Below, piece after piece: positions 39,137 through 51,280 of a stretch of DNA of 64,000 nt. The stretch's first letter is position 1; each line of letters opens with the position of its first letter. Both the position numbers and the translations under genes were made by a program. Source of the DNA: Hydrurus foetidus (lineage: Eukaryota); the NCBI GenBank assembly GCA_900617105.1, contig UYFQ01000263.1, positions 1 through 64,000 of the forward strand. Reading direction: 5' to 3'. Under the pieces are notes generated by a model, which saw only the letters and a program-made list of their open reading frames with translations, ran no database searches and was not told the origin of the DNA.

Positions 39137-42100
39137 ATGTCGCTAGAAGATTCTACCAACTCTAAGGATAACAACCCAGCAGTGGATAGTCAACTAGACA
39201 TGATGCTCATGTTCAAACAGTTCATGAAGTCAAGCCAAGAAGACAGAATCCGCAACTCAAATGAGTTTACAGAGCTCCGATCAGCGATAGCCTTGATATC
39301 CAGAGGATCCCCGCAGATTTCACTCGATTCACCAATTCCAGATCGAGCCAATGCCAATAGAAGATCTTCAATGTTCTTCGGCAGTCCGTTACCAAAGGAA
39401 CGCGAATCGACGACGAAAACGCAAATACAAGTACTGCAAGCTGACATCATCTACGATAAAGAATTGAAAGTCAGCTCACTGGAAGGACTGCAGTATCTTG
39501 CAAAGCAGCTACAACTCTTTACCTCCAAGTATCCTGGTCGCGAAGTCAGGACTGCACATATGGTTGCCTTCTCGCTGCGCCCTCACGTTATTGCTTCATG
39601 GAACTCTTACTGCTTCAAGGAATCTCAAATCGCGGGATTGGAAGTAAAAGAAATTATGGTTGAGGACTGGTTATCCCTATCCAATGGTCAAGTTCAAGAA
39701 ATCCTCGTTGAGTCTGCTCGACCTCGGACGCGAGAACTCTATTCTCGCGAGCTCGTACTCTTCCTTGGCAAAGGCATTCCCCAGACTCCGACAATCAACC
39801 CTGAAAACTTTTCGTCCACGTTCTATGCGCCTCTGATGAAATCCCTCAATGACCTCCTCCATCTCCACGATTTGCTATCTGAAGAGACAAGCAATCACAG
39901 CAACAACAAATCCAAAATGCCTGTTCCGGGATATGGAACTCGTGATAGCCCTGGCCAGACTCAACTCTGGATCATATCACTCAGCAATCAAAAGGAAGCT
40001 GTTCTTCAATGGCTCGGCAAAGATGAGCTATCCAAGCACAAGACCCTAGCTCCCGCAGTCAAGTTTATTCGCTCTAAACTCATGGAAGGTCGTCTAAACA
40101 GCGAGGCTCGGCAAGACTTTGATTCCAAGCTCACACCCATTCGCTATGAAGACATCAGACATATGCAAGGAGAATCAAACACAAGGCAACAGACGAACTT
40201 CAGTTCGAAGCCACAGAGCAAGCAACACAACAAGATGCCTTTCTCAAGAGACCATCGTCCACTTGATCATTTCTCTGCCATTCATTCCGCTGCACCAGAT
40301 TCTTCATATCGTACCAGCTGTGAAGACGACAACTACTTTGATTCCAATGAAGATGGTGACAACACGATCTACGATGAAGACAACAACGACTTCACCGATG
40401 ACCTCGAGTATTCAACCATCTACAAAACGCCGACAAACTTTCAACACGACAATGAGCTATCCGCACTAGAGAATCTATCTTCCCGCAGTGCAATTGCAAG
40501 TACATTTCGCGGTTACTGTAGCGAGCTGTTCGTCTTTGGTTCTTGCCACCGTCGGGACTCAGGATGTACATTAGATCACACTTCATCTGGACAAGAGAAA
40601 TGCATACACTCCTTCAATCTACTCGCGAAGAGAGACCTGACTCAGCATGGACAACTTCCGGCATTCAGCAACGCTACCACACTATGGTCGTTGGTGACCA
40701 AAGGACGGTGGACGAGGACGATGGACGAGGACGGAGGCGAAAAACGAAGATGGGGGAGGTGGAAGAGTATTCTTATAGTTTACAGCGAGAAACAAGCAGT
40801 AGTATCTACAGTGATGTGTACTCGCGTGGAAACGAAAAGAAAAGAAAACTGTACCGGACTTTGGGTCCGTTCTAGAATCTACAGTACAGGTATAGTATAC
40901 AGTCACAGTGTATCCGTACATGCAGTACAGATACAGTGAGGCTACACTACCCCTTCTTCCCTTTTCTTTTCCAATGAACTCTACTAATATTTGTATGAGA
41001 GTGGGAAAGAAAGACGAAACAAAACACATTTTGAAAAAAAAAAATGAGAAACTTCGAAAACGATGATGTCAGACTCTTACTGACTAAATTCCTCCAAAAA
41101 AAGAATATAAAAAAATAGGAGGTAAATTCTTCATGAATAACGTTTCGAGTGAAGAAATCAACGGTGTTGTTTATTGATTAGTTTTGTCAAATTATTTTGA
41201 CGCAAGTAATCATGAAGTTTATCAACATCACGAAGATTGGAGTAAGGCTCCCAAGTGTTTTTATCAGAAGGGTAATTTAACCATTTGACTAAAAACTCAA
41301 TCTTGGAGCGTTGATGAGGTCCACGGTGATCAACGATGTCTTCTACGAAGTATTCCATATGGTCACGACGCGCGACATCAACAGGATTTGTAATCGCTGG
41401 ATCATACAGAAACGGTTTCATGGCAGATACATGATATACCGCTGTTTTTTGTGTGATCAAATCGTATAGAGTGTAACGAGAATTTTCGCCACTGACGACT
41501 TTTAATGGACCTCTCCAATGCGTATGAAGACGTGTTGGAGGTGATCCATCGCGATAATGTACAAGAACATATGAGTCGCGAGGGTACTCAATATGCTGAG
41601 AGATCTGAGATTGGTTTTGATGAAGTAAATCTGTACGAAGAAGTTCTTTGGCCGAAGCTTTGAGAAGACTATCTTGTATTTTTAATAGATTGCTCATACG
41701 TGCCGACAAAGGTTTGTCATTAATAACAAGTCTCTCAGATGGAGGAAGAAATATTCCTCTGTCTAATTTGAGTATATTGCCGAAAAGCAATTGAGATGCA
41801 GAGATTTTAAACGATCACTGTGATTAGAATTTAAAATTCGTTGCACAAATGGTAGTGATGTTGAATAATCATCAAGCGTTACGTTATCGTAAGTTAAAGC
41901 ACGAAGGTGTCTATTAACTTCTTTATTCATGCGTTCAACAATGGCGTTTTCTTCTTTAGAATAAGCTAACGTTAAACAGTGTTGAGTGCCAATAAGAGTT
42001 AGAAACTCTTTGATAACTTCGGCAATGAAGTGTGGCCCATTATCAGAACGGAGTTGGAGAGGTGCGCCGAAACGACCGAAATGTTGCAAAAGGCATTGAG

Positions 42101-45100
42101 CAGTCGAAAGTGCCGAAGCATCTTTAGTATGAAACAGCTCAACCCACCTTGTGAACGTATCGATAATTACGAGTACGTACCCCCGTCTGGAAACGGTCCT
42201 ACGAAGTCTATGTTAAGGCATTCCATAGGTGTGTAAGTAGAAGTCGAAAAGCCGTGAGCATGAATTGGGATCTTTAACATGCTCATCTTTTGACAACACG
42301 AACAGTGATCTATGAACCACCTGACATGCTGTCGTTGAAACTGCCACACCTTGTTGTTGTCTTTGAGACGCTTTAAAGTGCGCTCAAGACCAAAGTGACC
42401 AACTTGTGAATTGTGTACATTACTTATAGTATTGTATTGTTCACGAGTCAGTTTGAATTTTTCAATAATATTGGCAGACATGATTGTCTCAAGTGAATAT
42501 TCTTGAGGATGGTCAATCATGTTGTTACGACAGAGTCGAGACATCGAATCGGCTATGTCATTGTTAACACCAGAAATGAATTCAATTTTAAATGAGAATT
42601 CTGATAAAGCCATAAGCCAACGAACAATCATTGGATTTGAATGATTTTTAATGTATAACAAGTTACGATGATCGGTGCGTAAAGTAAACATCCGATCACG
42701 TAATAGCGATTTTAAATACGTGCACGCAAAGAAAATAGCATATGCTTCTTTCTGTATAACTGCCCACCTAAGTTGAGCTTTGTTAAGCGATTTACTAACA
42801 AATGCTACGGGCGTCTCTTTTCCGTCAACTAACTGAAAAGATAAGCACCTACACCGTAATCCGATGCATCAGTGTGCAAGTAAATCGGATCGGTGTCACT
42901 TAAAAGTGCATTGTCGTGCATTTTGCAGTTTCAGATTTAATTAACTCAAATGCTGAGTCAGCTTCTGGTGTCCAAACTATTTTTTAGATTTATTATAATC
43001 AACAAGCAACTGGTGTAACGGATATAGTACACTTGAAGCATTTTTGATAAAATCGTGAAAATAGTTTACCAAACCTAAAAACTTTTAAGTTGTTTAGATA
43101 TATCTGGTTTTGGAAAATCTAAAACTTGCCGTATTTTTTCTTGTGACATTTTTAGTCCTTCAGCAGAAAGGACTTTGCCAACATAATCAATTTCGGAATA
43201 GCCAAGATAACATTTATTTGGTTTAAGAAATATTTTATGTTGTCGAAAGCGTTGAAAAACAAGACGGAGTCTAAAAAGTAATTCGTCAGTGTCTTTGCCG
43301 AAAACATTGCAATCATCAATGTACATTTCGCATATAGTGTAAATCAATCCAGCTAATACAACAGTTGCCATGGTCTGTTGAAAGTAAGAAGGAGCTCGTT
43401 TAGGCCCAAAGGGCAGACGAGTGAATTGATACACGCCACAGAAAAGTATGAATGCAGTGTATGCGCGTGCTGCCAGTGTAAGCGGTGCTTGATGATATCC
43501 TTGAGTGAGATCAAGTGTAGCGAATACTTTAGCTTTATGAGCACCAATTCGACGTAACATTTCATTTATGTTAGGAATGGGCCATGATGCATCTTCGGTA
43601 CAATCATTAAGATTTCGATAATCTATACACATGCGTTTGGTTCCGTCAGACTTTGGAACCATAAGCACTTGGCTGTAATAAGCCGCATTTGATTTCTCGA
43701 TAATCCCTTGCTCTTCAAGTTTCGCGAGTTGACGTATAATGTCAGCTTGATTTGCAGTGGATTGTGGTCGAGGAGGTGTTCTATTACGGGAGACTTTCCA
43801 TTTTACGTCATCCACGTTAAGTTCAAACGGTGGGATATCAGCAGGGCTAGCCGGAAGCTCACTGCTAAATATATCCCTAAATTCGTTACATAGTAAACGG
43901 AGTTTATTTTTCTGATCTTCATCACCTGCTATGTGTATTAGCGAGAGTGAATCTGTATCAAGAAATTCATTAATCCATGGTGAAAAGGAGTCATTTAATG
44001 AATCATCAATTTCATCTTCATCAGGCGGCACAACTCCAAATAGTTGTTCCGACTCTTGAATTAACGAAGCTAGTATGACATGTGTTTGGGTGACTGCCGG
44101 ATCTTTCATTTGGGTTAATGAAAGATCTTTTGGGGTTCCTTTAGAGGTTTGCAAAGTCTCTTCGGGCTGACAGCCACATGTTATGACCACATCTTCAGAA
44201 GTCGAGACTCCCTTTATTGGGGTTGGTCGCGATGAAGTGCTTGATTTTATTTGATCTGGGAAAATCGAGAATAGATCTAAATCTCGTATAATTTTTCTTC
44301 CCACTATTAGATCAATTTGTGTTTGTTCTAAAACATAAGCCGTGATTTGGAAAGAAGAATAATTATTTAAATCAGGGCAAAAATAAGAAAGTTTTAAGTC
44401 GATGGTTTCAGAAATTTCATAGCAATGATTATCTAAACCACTACAAACTTTACACGCTGTCTTAGAAGATTTAGAAACATGTTGTGTTAAGTTAAGATTA
44501 TTTATAACACGCCTAGCTATAAAATTGCTGGCGATCGATCCCGTATCCAATAGAGTGAAGACTCTATTTTTCTCTTCCAGCGAAGTTTGCTGAGAAATAT
44601 GAGAAATAAAGAAGGGGATTAGATGTTTATCCGATGAAACGGAAGGGTTGTCAATTGACGACATATTAAGGTTGTAAACGTAGTCACCTTTTTGTTTCTT
44701 CGCGACACGAGTAGTGTCTGCTGACGAGGCAGCGGTCTTAGAAGACGCAGAAGAAGAGGAGGAAGCGGAAGAAGAAGATGTTCCGTACGCGTTTGGAATG
44801 AACGTCGCTTTGGGATCGATCTTCAAAAGATCTTTGCCTCCTTCCGACTGAAGGAAAGGTTTCTCGGTACTGTTAAAGTACGGAGAAGAGCCGAATCGAC
44901 AAGTGGCTACTAAGTGGCCAAGTCTCCCACAGCCGGTACAGTGGGGTTTGTCAGATTGCTCAGGCTTCTCGTCCTCTCGTTGCCGTTTTTAATTCGTGGC
45001 TCTTGAGGAGGACGGTTAGAGTTTTTGATTTGGCGAGAATGATCGCCATAAGTCGGGTGGACGTCTACAAACCGTAAAGCATCAATTGCTTCTCGTAGCT

Positions 45101-46538
45101 TTCTTAGTTGCGCACGCCACACGAATCGAAAATCATCGACCGTGATAAGACGTGGCGTTCTATCGAGAGTGCGGTACAAAACTGACCTCCAATTAATGGG
45201 TTCAGCTGGCAACTTATCAATAAGAATTTTAGTTGCTGTTAACTGCATGGCAGCTGACACCTCAGGGAATGCATCGACAATATCAGCTAAAAGCTGGTCT
45301 GTCTTTTCTTCCACTGATGGGTTCTTCAGGTCAAATTGAATTTGAATCTGAGTAATGGATTCAATGAATCCTAGTTTATCCGTTCTGGACGTCGCAGTTG
45401 CAGGAATTGCCAAATTCAATTCTCTACAAAAATTCTGATTAGTCCAGTTTCTCCAGTTGTTACAACTGTCTCGACGATCAGGGTCGGTTGCAAATCGAAG
45501 TTGCAAAAGGGTTTTAAAAGATTGGAAGTTGCTGTGATGAACGACATCAACTGGCCGAAACGGCGTTCCATTCGAGAGGAGAACCTCTGAAACTCTTTGA
45601 ACCTCTTGCCAAGACGGCTTGGCGCTCAACTTAGGAGCTTTCTCACCAACTTGCACGTACTGAGTTGGTGGTGCCAAAGCACGTTGATTAGCAGATCTAT
45701 CGACCGAAGTCGACGTGATCTCAGCCGAAGCTGGTGTCGCAGCCGAAGCTGGTATCGCAGCCGAAGCTGGTGAAAGAGATAAAGCAGACAACGCAGAAAT
45801 GACAGGCACATCAATAGCAGACACGACCGCAGGCCCCGACGTCGGCTGAGACGCCGGCGCAGACAGGTCTCCGGCGGGGTCCTGAATCGCAGGTGATCCA
45901 GGAGACTCTATGTCTTGGACATTGCGCTGCGTATGTTTGAGATACGCCTTCCGTGCTGCGACGGCGACAGCGCGCGGCTGAGCTCGTCTTAAGATGGCGC
46001 TGTTGTTGTCGGTGGTGTTGATGGTTGCCTTAGCGTTGGTGGTTGCCTTAGCCGAGGCTTTGGCACGGATGCGGCGAATTGCCATGATCCGAAAAATTTC
46101 CCGAGAAAAGATGGATGAGCTGAAGAAAGAATTTTGGTCGTAGGAACCAAATATCGATATTATGGTCGTTGGTGACCAAAGGACGGTGGACGAGGACGAT
46201 GGACGAGGACGGAGGCGAAAAACGAAGATGGGGGAGGTGGAAGAGTATTCTTATAGTTTACAGCGAGAAACAAGCAGTAGTATCTACAGTGATGTGTACT
46301 CGCGTGGAAACGAAAAGAAAAGAAAACTGTACCGGACTTTGGGTCCGTTCTAGAATCTACAGTACAGGTATAGTATACAGTCACGGTGTATCCGTACATG
46401 CAGTACAGATACAGTGAGGCTACAACACCAGAACGATCAGGATCATTTAAACCATCATTTCCTACCTCTCGCCAGGATAGCCGAATTCCGAAACCTTACG
46501 TATCCAATCAAGGCATGCGCTCACTCAAGAACAAGTAG
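39137..46538 (+). CDS. gag: Family C Gag (39137-40682 + 46429-46538, ~551 aa once the family B insertion is removed)
   Basis: First ORF after the 5' LTR. Removing the insertion and one TSD restores the frame (..NATTPERSG..KNK-TAG). The last ~85 aa of track ORF 39137-40939 are LTR read-through. Confidence 0.82.
40683..46424 (-). mobile_element. Full-length Ty3/Gypsy chromovirus, family B, nested in family C gag
   Basis: 264-bp LTRs 40683-40946 and 46161-46424 (1 difference seen), element-sense TG..TA ends, 4-bp TSD ACAC, PPT at ~40947-40972. Confidence 0.95.
41158..46085 (-). pseudogene. gag-pol: Family B gag-pol with several frameshifts
   Basis: CCHC knuckle CTGCGRLGHLVATC (~44940-44899) in frame with pol; protease LLDTGS; RT YIDD; RNase H TDH/ADSMSR; integrase IDF/RSDNG/ENAIVE; chromodomain FLVKWLNY..NTWEP. 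Confidence 0.9.
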
Positions 46539-49500
46539 GAGTTTGCAGGACCTTCTCTCACTGCAATGCAAGGAGAAGATCATCCTGCCGACAACCCCAA
46601 CATATTTGACCCAGACAATACCATATCGACGGCTCTCATTGCTCAACTAGCGTCTACAATCTCAGTTGATCCAAAAGACCTGTGCCACCCGTTTATTCGG
46701 CCAGGAACAATACGTAGTCCCGACGGATCCTCTACAATTGTTTTCGATAAAGGTCTACTCGACACTGGCGCCCAAGGCAGCAACTTCATTTCAGAAGACC
46801 TGTACTCGCGTCTGCCGGCCATCATTACCAATTTATCGAGACCCATCGATCGTGTTGTTCGACTAGGAGACGCACGACACCTCTTCATACAACTTGAGGT
46901 ACCACTAAATGTCTCCATTACGGACTTCAATGGACAAGACCATGAACACACTCTATGGTACATTGTCCTTAAAGAACTTAGCCATGACATCATCATAGGA
47001 CTTGTTGATCTCATCGGCCCTTTCTACACTCTATTCGAAAACTCAGTTGCCACATCGCGCCATATCGCCAAGTCTCGTGATCTCGGTAGTCACCTATCCG
47101 CCTTGACAACGACAATTATGACCTTAGCAACCAACGATCCAACTGACTATATGATGCAGCAAACTTCTGAGGCAATCAAGTTGGAACACACTGTCTACAA
47201 GGATCGGAAACGTTCAATCCAATCCAGCGTGAATACAACTGTTTCTCTCCTTGCTCTACAAGATGGCTCAACAGTTGAAACACTCCATCATCCTTTGCAC
47301 GGCAACGTCTATGCTGACGAACGGATGGAAACAAGATACGACATCTTGACCTCACAATTATGCACCCCAACCCCAGGTCTTGTCATGACACCGTGGTCCA
47401 ATCCGATTGATGCACTCGCTCCCGAGGAACTCGATACGCCTGACCCTACCAGTTTCCCGGATGACATACTCGGATATCTCGCTATGACTCCTGAAAGTGC
47501 ACGCGCAATTTACCGCGTCGATCTCGAGACCCATATCACAACTGAAATGCGAGAGGCTTGCCCGCATATAGTAGACCTACTGACATCAGAACTAGCATAC
47601 GATGTGTTCGTACCGAGCACCTGGACTGGCATACGCATGGATCCATATCATCTCGATACCAAACCCGGCCTTCCAGATCATATCAAAGCACATGCTCGAC
47701 CAGTACGTGAAGCACTCTTTGAAGATGCTAGGACAGAATTCAATAGAATGCGGACATATTTCTACGAGAAGTCAACGTCACCAATTGCTTCGCCGCTAGT
47801 AATTGCTCCCAAAGCCACAGCCCCTTTCATTCGTATCTGTGGCGACTACCGTCCAATTAATCCTTACGTGAGCATCCCACAAGAACCGATACCTCATGTG
47901 CAGCAATCACTCGCCAAAGCTGCTGGATGGAATGTATTCGTTGATCTAGACATGACTAACTCGTTCCATCAAATTCCAATCGACATTGCCAGCTCTAATC
48001 TCCTATCAGTATCTACACCGTGGGGCTTATTCAGACCAAAATTTTTGCCAGAGGGTGTCGGACCTGCGTCAGGCATACTGCAGTCAGTAGTACGCCGAGT
48101 ATTTTCTGACTTCGAACAGTGGATCATCGTAATCTTCGACAACTTTCTGATTCTGGCGTCCGACTATGCAGACGCTGCAGACAAGCTGGAGAAAGTGCTC
48201 ATCCGTTGTCAATTGCATCGGCTCGTACTCAAGATGAAAAAATCATGGATCGGCACCGCTGTAGTCACATTCTTTGGCTACGAAGTGAGACCCGGATCTT
48301 GGAGTCTCTCCAACAGCCGTAAAGAGGCAATATCCAATATGATCTTCCCAGCAAACCAGAAGCAAATGCAAAGCTTCCTAGGTGCCGCCAACTTCTTTCA
48401 CACTCATATCCCCAATTACGCACAGTGGGCATCGTGCTTGTATGAATGCACTACAGCATCGTTTGATTGGAACCCCTCGACATGGACCAAAGACTACAAA
48501 GATCTCTTCGCTATCTTCAAAACCGCGATAACAAATTCTGCAACACTCTACTTCCCGGACTACTCTCTTCCATGGATCATTCGCTCAGACTCTTCGGATT
48601 ACGCAGTCGGTGCAGTCCTGTTCCAGGAGTTCACGGACACGTCAGACAATGTTATTCATCAGCCAATAGCATTTGCATCACACAAGTACTCAGGCGCCGC
48701 CATCAATTGGGACACGTTCAAACAAGAGGCTTACGCTCTCTACTTTGCAGTGACACAGTTCTCATACTACTTACGTGGCAAACCGTTCGTCATCGAGACC
48801 GATCACCGCAACCTAGTTTGGATAGAATCGAGTTTAGTTCCTATTGTTATTCGCTGGCGAGTACTGTTGCAGAGCTACGTATTCGATATCAAACACATAC
48901 CTGGCAAGCAGAACATGGTCGCCGACTGGCTGTCGCGAATGTACCCTATACCCGTTCCAGTTCTCACAGCTATCACAGACTACCCACCTTTAAGCGAAAT
49001 GTTCGCTGCTGTCCACGGCAATCGCTCCCTGCATCACGGTGCAAAGCGTACGTACACTAAGTTGTGTTCCCGCTACCCTGGTCATGGCATTCCGATACGT
49101 GTTATACAAGACCTTGTATTTGAGTGTCCAATATGTCAGAAAGATCGCATACCTTTACAGCCCATCCCTCACGCTGAAGCACGACAAACACTGATGCATC
49201 ATGCTCGCACTATCGGAATGGATCACGTCACAGTGACACCCGCTGATGAGGATGGCTATATCGGACTCCTGCTTGTAGTTGAACTTGACACGAAGTTCCC
49301 CCAAGCATATCCTGTCAGAGACTACGGTGCACTCACTGTCGCCACCGTGCTATTCAAGCACTATTGTACGTTCGGTACATACAACGCTATCATATCTGAT
49401 CCTGGCAGTGCCTTCACTGCAACAGTCGTGCAACATCTCAACACATGGTTCGGCATACCGCATCATATCTCTGTAGTCGGACGACATGAGTCAAACGGAA

Positions 49501-50342
49501 CGGAACATGTCAATGCTCTATTCATCGGCCACCTCCGTCGACTCGTCCACGATCAACGGATGACTAACCGCTGGGCCTCGGACACAATACTCCCCCTTAT
49601 CAATCATGCCATGTCGACGATGCCAAATTCCGAAATCGCTGGCTATTCACCGCATGATCTCAAATTTGGAACAGTCGATAAGCAGCACTTCCGGTTACCG
49701 ACAGCTCTGCCTCCTGGAAATTCATACGCGGAATTCATCAATACATTGAATGAGAATTTGTCAACAATACGTGCCATTACAAGCCAATATCAACTCGAAC
49801 TACGTACCAGGCGACAACTTGAGAATCCTGCTGCCAGTCAAAAGCTGTATCAAGCCGGTGATCTCATACTGTGGAATCCGAGAGAACATTCGAAGTCCTT
49901 CAGGTCGTCAAAACTAGCTCCAAAATTACTGGGACCCTTCGTTGTGTTGACTCAGAAGAAGAACGATGTTACGTGTGAGCATATGCAATCAAAAGAAATT
50001 CGTGTGTTTCACGCATCTCGCATCTCTCCCTACATTGGTTCACACACATCAGCAGCAGATGCTAGTCTACTGGATTCAGAGGAATATATTGTCGAGTCAA
50101 TAACAGCACATCGAGGATCATGGACATCACTTACCTCACTCGAGTTCCTTGTACACTGGCTTGGATATCCAACCGAAGACGACACTTCGGAACCATACCG
50201 CAATCTTCGTCATCTTGATGCCCTCCACGAGTACCTGCGAAAAAATAATAAAGAGAATATAATACCAAATATCCACCGGAACTTCTCCGCGATGTACACT
50301 GATCGTGGCCAGGTATCACAAACTGCTGACCGCTCATTGTAA
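46539..50342 (+). CDS. pol: Family C Pol (protease, RT, RNase H, integrase, chromodomain), uninterrupted
   Basis: 1258-aa ORF from 46566, open back to the gag TAG. LLDTGA; DLDMTNSFHQI; IFDN in place of YxDD; RSDSSD/KQEAYA/TDH/ADWLSR; H..H..CPIC, GMDH, ISDPG, NGTE; FLVHWLGY chromodomain. Confidence 0.93.
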   Translation, partial: EFAGPSLTAMQGEDHPADNPNIFDPDNTISTALIAQLASTISVDPKDLCHPFIRPGTIRSPDGSSTIVFDKGLLDTGAQGSNFISEDLYSRLPAIITNLSRPIDRVVRLGDARHLFIQLEVPLNVSITDFNGQDHEHTLWYIVLKELSHDIIIGLVDLIGPFYTLFENSVATSRHIAKSRDLGSHLSALTTTIMTLATNDPTDYMMQQTSEAIKLEHTVYKDRKRSIQSSVNTTVSLLALQDGSTVETLHHPLHGNVYADERMETRYDILTSQLCTPTPGLVMTPWSNPIDALAPEELDTPDPTSFPDDILGYLAMTPESARAIYRVDLETHITTEMREACPHIVDLLTSELAYDVFVPSTWTGIRMDPYHLDTKPGLPDHIKAHARPVREALFEDARTEFNRMRTYFYEKSTSPIASPLVIAPKATAPFIRICGDYRPINPYVSIPQEPIPHVQQSLAKAAGWNVFVDLDMTNSFHQIPIDIASSNLLSVSTPWGLFRPKFLPEGVGPASGILQSVVRRVFSDFEQWIIVIFDNFLILASDYADAADKLEKVLIRCQLHRLVLKMKKSWIGTAVVTFFGYEVRPGSWSLSNSRKEAISNMIFPANQKQMQSFLGAANFFHTHIPNYAQWASCLYECTTASFDWNPSTWTKDYKDLFAIFKTAITNSATLYFPDYSLPWIIRSDSSDYAVGAVLFQEFTDTSDNVIHQPIAFASHKYSGAAINWDTFKQEAYALYFAVTQFSYYLRGKPFVIETDHRNLVWIESSLVPIVIRWRVLLQSYVFDIKHIPGKQNMVADWLSRMYPIPVPVLTAITDYPPLSEMFAAVHGNRSLHHGAKRTYTKLCSRYPGHGIPIRVIQDLVFECPICQKDRIPLQPIPHAEARQTLMHHARTIGMDHVTVTPADEDGYIGLLLVVELDTKFPQAYPVRDYGALTVATVLFKHYCTFGTYNAIISDPGSAFTATVVQHLNTWFGIPHHISVVGRHESNGTEHVNALFIGHLRRLVHDQRMTNRWASDTILPLINHAMSTMPNSEIAGYSPHDLKFGTVDKQHFRLPTALPPGNSYAEFINTLNENLSTIRAITSQYQLELRTRRQLENPAASQKLYQAGDLILWNPREHSKSFRSSKLAPKLLGPFVVLTQKKNDVTCEHMQSKEIRVFHASRISPYIGSHTSAADASLLDSEEYIVESITAHRGSWTSLTSLEFLVHWLGYPTEDDTSEPYRNLRHLDALHEYLRKNNKENIIPNIHRNFSAMYTDRGQVSQTADRSL

Positions 50343-50414
50343 CATGGTACGAGACCACTATGTGAGGACGTCCTTAGAAAGTGGGTAACCCCTGCAAAAA
50401 CAACTATTTAAAAA

Positions 50415-51095
50415 TTATTTCCCCAAAGGGATCGAACCCGAGGGGGGAGTCGAACCCGGAGGTTGAGATGCCTTCTTCCACCCCTTCTTGTACAAATCAA
50501 AGAAGAAACAATACGTCAAATCAGCCATTTTATCTGCCAAGTTCTCCACAGTAAATTCAACACTACCAGCAGTACACGCATTGTCAAATAATCTCACTCC
50601 GTTTTCATCACTACGTATACTGACTGCGTGATCATGCCTGCTGTACCCTGTCGCTTTCTTGCTATAAGTCTCCACTTTGTCCTCCACGCCTTCCGCTTTC
50701 CCTATCCTCTTTAACAAAGCTTTGTGTTCTGCGTTCTTCAACTTTGATTTGCCGAACAAAATGTATATACCCTTGTTCGCCAGCACTGTCTTGATCAATG
50801 ATTTCACGCACCAGCACCTGTCTTTGTCCACTCTGCCTATCACCCTACGGAACTCGAACTTCAACTTCCTGCCCAACTTCCTATTCTGTAAACACACATG
50901 CTTCAAAAAATTCAACGCGTCATGCGATGATGCTCCGTAATGTAGTTTGCTTGTGACATCGACAGCAATTGAATTCTTGTACACATCACCAGCATCACCA
51001 CCCAATCGAATCCAATCCTGCTTTTCGCTCGACAATGGCATTACCATTGCTGCTGCCAGGCATAAATTCTTTGACGACCTGAAGTCGTCTGTCAT
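50415..51095 (-). CDS. Antisense accessory ORF in family C, putative papain-like (C39-like) cysteine peptidase fold
   Basis: 226-aa ORF between pol and the 3' LTR with ordered motifs NLCLAAAM, YGASSHDAL, DHAVSI, RLFDN. Confidence 0.55.
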   Translation of the reverse strand: MTDDFRSSKNLCLAAAMVMPLSSEKQDWIRLGGDAGDVYKNSIAVDVTSKLHYGASSHDALNFLKHVCLQNRKLGRKLKFEFRRVIGRVDKDRCWCVKSLIKTVLANKGIYILFGKSKLKNAEHKALLKRIGKAEGVEDKVETYSKKATGYSRHDHAVSIRSDENGVRLFDNACTAGSVEFTVENLADKMADLTYCFFFDLYKKGWKKASQPPGSTPPSGSIPLGK

Positions 51096-51280
51096 GTTCT
51101 ATACTTGTGTTGTGCTTGTCATGTAGTATATATCGTGCACCATCACACAGCCATCAATTTATCAATGGTTATCACGGCGGCACCATCAATTTAAAAAAAA
51201 ATCTTTCAGAGCCACACATGCCACCACACGACATGAGTGCATCCCGGTTTCGCTTTTCCTCACATTTACCTTGTGTACAC

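Noticed and set aside
40683..40939. C-terminal extension of the 600-aa Gag ORF and ORFs at 46160-46417
   Set aside because: Translations of the family B LTR.
41158..45000. Programmed frameshifts in family B
   Set aside because: Several breaks fall inside conserved domains, often at homopolymers; sequencing indels or decay are more likely. Needs read-level checking.
46135..46149. TGG-starting tRNA PBS for family B
   Set aside because: It is 11 nt from the LTR, I cannot match it to a tRNA 3' end, and the other two families have no equivalent; not fully excluded.
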